A stretch of DNA of 62,759 bases, the filler included, from Rhabdomonas costata (lineage: Eukaryota): NCBI GenBank assembly GCA_019059605.1. It is 44 parts of 44 records of this genome, joined end to end, with 100 filler letters (N's around TTAATTAATTAA, not from the genome) between each part and the next. Parts side by side here need not be neighbours in the genome. Positions count along the whole stretch, not along the records: positions 60,006 to 61,333 come from JAHMHO010019238.1; positions 61,434 to 62,759 come from JAHMHO010019239.1; 42 more parts are not named here. One strand, given 5' to 3'. Position 1 is the first letter of the stretch, and each line of letters opens with the position of its first letter. Shown here in pieces: positions 60,983 through 62,759 of this stretch. The notes beneath the pieces were generated by a model. It had not been told where the DNA came from and made no database searches. It worked only from the letters and a program-made list of their open reading frames with translations. A program made the position numbers and the translations under genes.

Positions 60983-62759
60983 CTGCGTGGGGAAAGGGAC
61001 CAATTTCGCCTCAACGGCGCTATCCCTCTGCTTTGGACCATTCTAAGATGAGTTCAAAAGGTACTCCCGTATGGGCGGACAACCCTTGAATGCAGCCTCC
61101 ATTGCATACTATCTGGACGGGGAAAACGCGAAAGAAAACCACGATGCTGTTGATGCTCAGTCAGGGGTACGTGCGGTATCTCAAGATTTCACGCAGAGTC
61201 ATATGGCATAAACCAACGCCAAATAAATGAAATCAAATCAAAATGAATCCAATATGTACTGTTTCCCGAATGATGTCATCCGTCATCACTCCAAGCAGCG
61301 TAGGCGGTACGAGGCATGGGAAAACCAAAACAANNNNNNNNNNNNNNNNNNNNNNNNNNNNNNNNNNNNNNNNNNNNTTAATTAATTAANNNNNNNNNNN
61401 NNNNNNNNNNNNNNNNNNNNNNNNNNNNNNNNNGATCTCCCGCCTCCGCGCCGCTTTAAGTTGACCTGTACCGGGCGTCCCATAAAAAATGTCCCAATAT
61501 GATTTTTGAATAAAACACATGATCTTGCCCCTTTGGTCTTAGATTGTGGTGGGGTTGGATGGTGCACCAGTGCCATTCTGTCTGGTGCGTCCTCGGCCGC
61601 GTGGCCAGCTTTAGGTCAGGAAATGTGCTAAAAAAATGCAAAGGGGAGCAGGAAGCATTTACAGCAGAATGGAAGAATCTCTCTGGGGAGCCACGACGCA
61701 GGACCTGAACCGCATAAGCTCTCTGCTGTGCCTCCCAAACCATTGTGTTTAAATGTCTTTGTTGTTGTTTCGGGAAAATTAGAGAAACCCTGTAAAAGAA
61801 ACGGAACACAGGCCCCCCAAGCTGTGGAAAAAATGGCATACCACCCACAAGCCAACATATACCCTACCCTAGTCCCAAGTTTTGACAAGTTTTTTGAGAA
61901 ATTCGTTTCAGCTTGCTTTAATAACTGCTTGTATTGAGGCATCGAGAGACCACAGCCATGGAGAAAAATCATGTTCGGGAGCACGCTGTTTGCAGCGAGG
62001 TCAACAGGCCTGCAGTTGTACTCCGTTCGACCGTTCGAGAGACTCTGCGTATGTGCAAGCCAACTGTGTGTATGCGCCTGCAGTCAGTTGACTTCTGCCA
62101 GCTTGACTCACAAAGCCACGCTCCCCTCCATGCACCAACGGGACATTAAATGGGACATTAAATATCCATAAAGCACAAGAAACCAAAAAAAAATCCCTTC
62201 ACATCGTGCTACCCGACTGTCCAAACCCCGACAATGGTGACGGGGGTGGTGGATGCTACCACAGGTAATCGCTGTCCACGGGCTCGGCAAGGGCGGCCTG
62301 ACACCACGGGGTGTCCCAGGACTTCATGCAGGTCGGGGGGCCGTACCACTTCTTTTTGCTCAGTGAAAACCCACACCTGTGAGAACGTACCAGAAACAGA
62401 AAAAGAACATACCCGTCAGTGGCCACACATCCACCTCGCTGCAGGGCACTTTCGTTTCAGAGTCCAAATCAGTCTGCTATTGAGCAAGCGAGAGATATAC
62501 TAACCAACACTGCAGCTCTTCTGAGAAACTAAAGAACACTGAGTAAGTGCTGCGTGAAAGCTTTGCTAGCTGGGATAAAAGGGATAAGAGGGTGACCGAG
62601 GAAGCCACCAGTCGCCCGCACTTACCACTGGCGAAAAACAAGATCCCCATCTTGCAAGCCCCGAGGGAGCCAGGGACCCACCTATGGGTCCACTCCGCAG
62701 CCTGCACCCTGCAACTCCAGCGGTCACTAGCGTCGTTTTCATACATTCCCCCACCCCCC

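Larger units (their letters stand above)
1331..61433. other. 43 artificial 100-nt assembly linkers (N44-TTAATTAATTAA-N44) separating 44 contigs of about 1.32-1.33 kb
   Basis: An identical linker recurs about every 1.43 kb (first 1331-1430, last 61334-61433). The 12-mer places stop codons in all six frames. Confidence 0.99.

Noticed and set aside
1331-61433. Regularly spaced TTAATTAATTAA repeat with near-constant spacers, resembling a CRISPR-like array or minichromosome ends
   Set aside because: It is embedded in N runs and is an artificial six-frame-stop linker.

Overview
This window is not one locus. It is 44 unrelated contigs of about 1.33 kb each, apparently sorted by size and joined by 43 identical artificial 100-nt linkers (N44-TTAATTAATTAA-N44). 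Nothing can be inferred from adjacency across a linker. Many contig ends carry G/T-only 5' tails, C/A-only 3' tails and short fold-back inverted repeats, which points to whole-genome amplification. The DNA is eukaryotic and intron-rich, with short GT-AG-bounded exons. A kinetoplastid-like phosphofructokinase and a HAMP/cyclase-type exon suggest a euglenozoan, probably a euglenid (inference). Recognisable gene fragments: PIG-A, BCS1, CSN2, PFK, a biotin carboxylase, an amino-acid transporter, a protein kinase, a cNMP-binding domain, a GRF zinc finger, an ARM repeat, a 7-repeat WD40 exon, a PC-esterase and saposin-like (Canopy/MZB1-type) secreted proteins. Mobile DNA includes several decayed Ty3/Gypsy pieces. 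The three best leads are: (1) an intron-containing PIF1-helicase plus GIY-YIG nuclease fusion that looks Helitron-like; (2) an NPPW-type N6-adenine methyltransferase lacking the usual DIRS RNase H context and sitting near a possible PPT/LTR junction; (3) two paralogous signal-peptide first exons ending at the same CNACK splice donor. All protein identifications come from motif recognition by eye, not from database searches. No rRNA, tRNA, SL RNA or CRISPR array was recognised.
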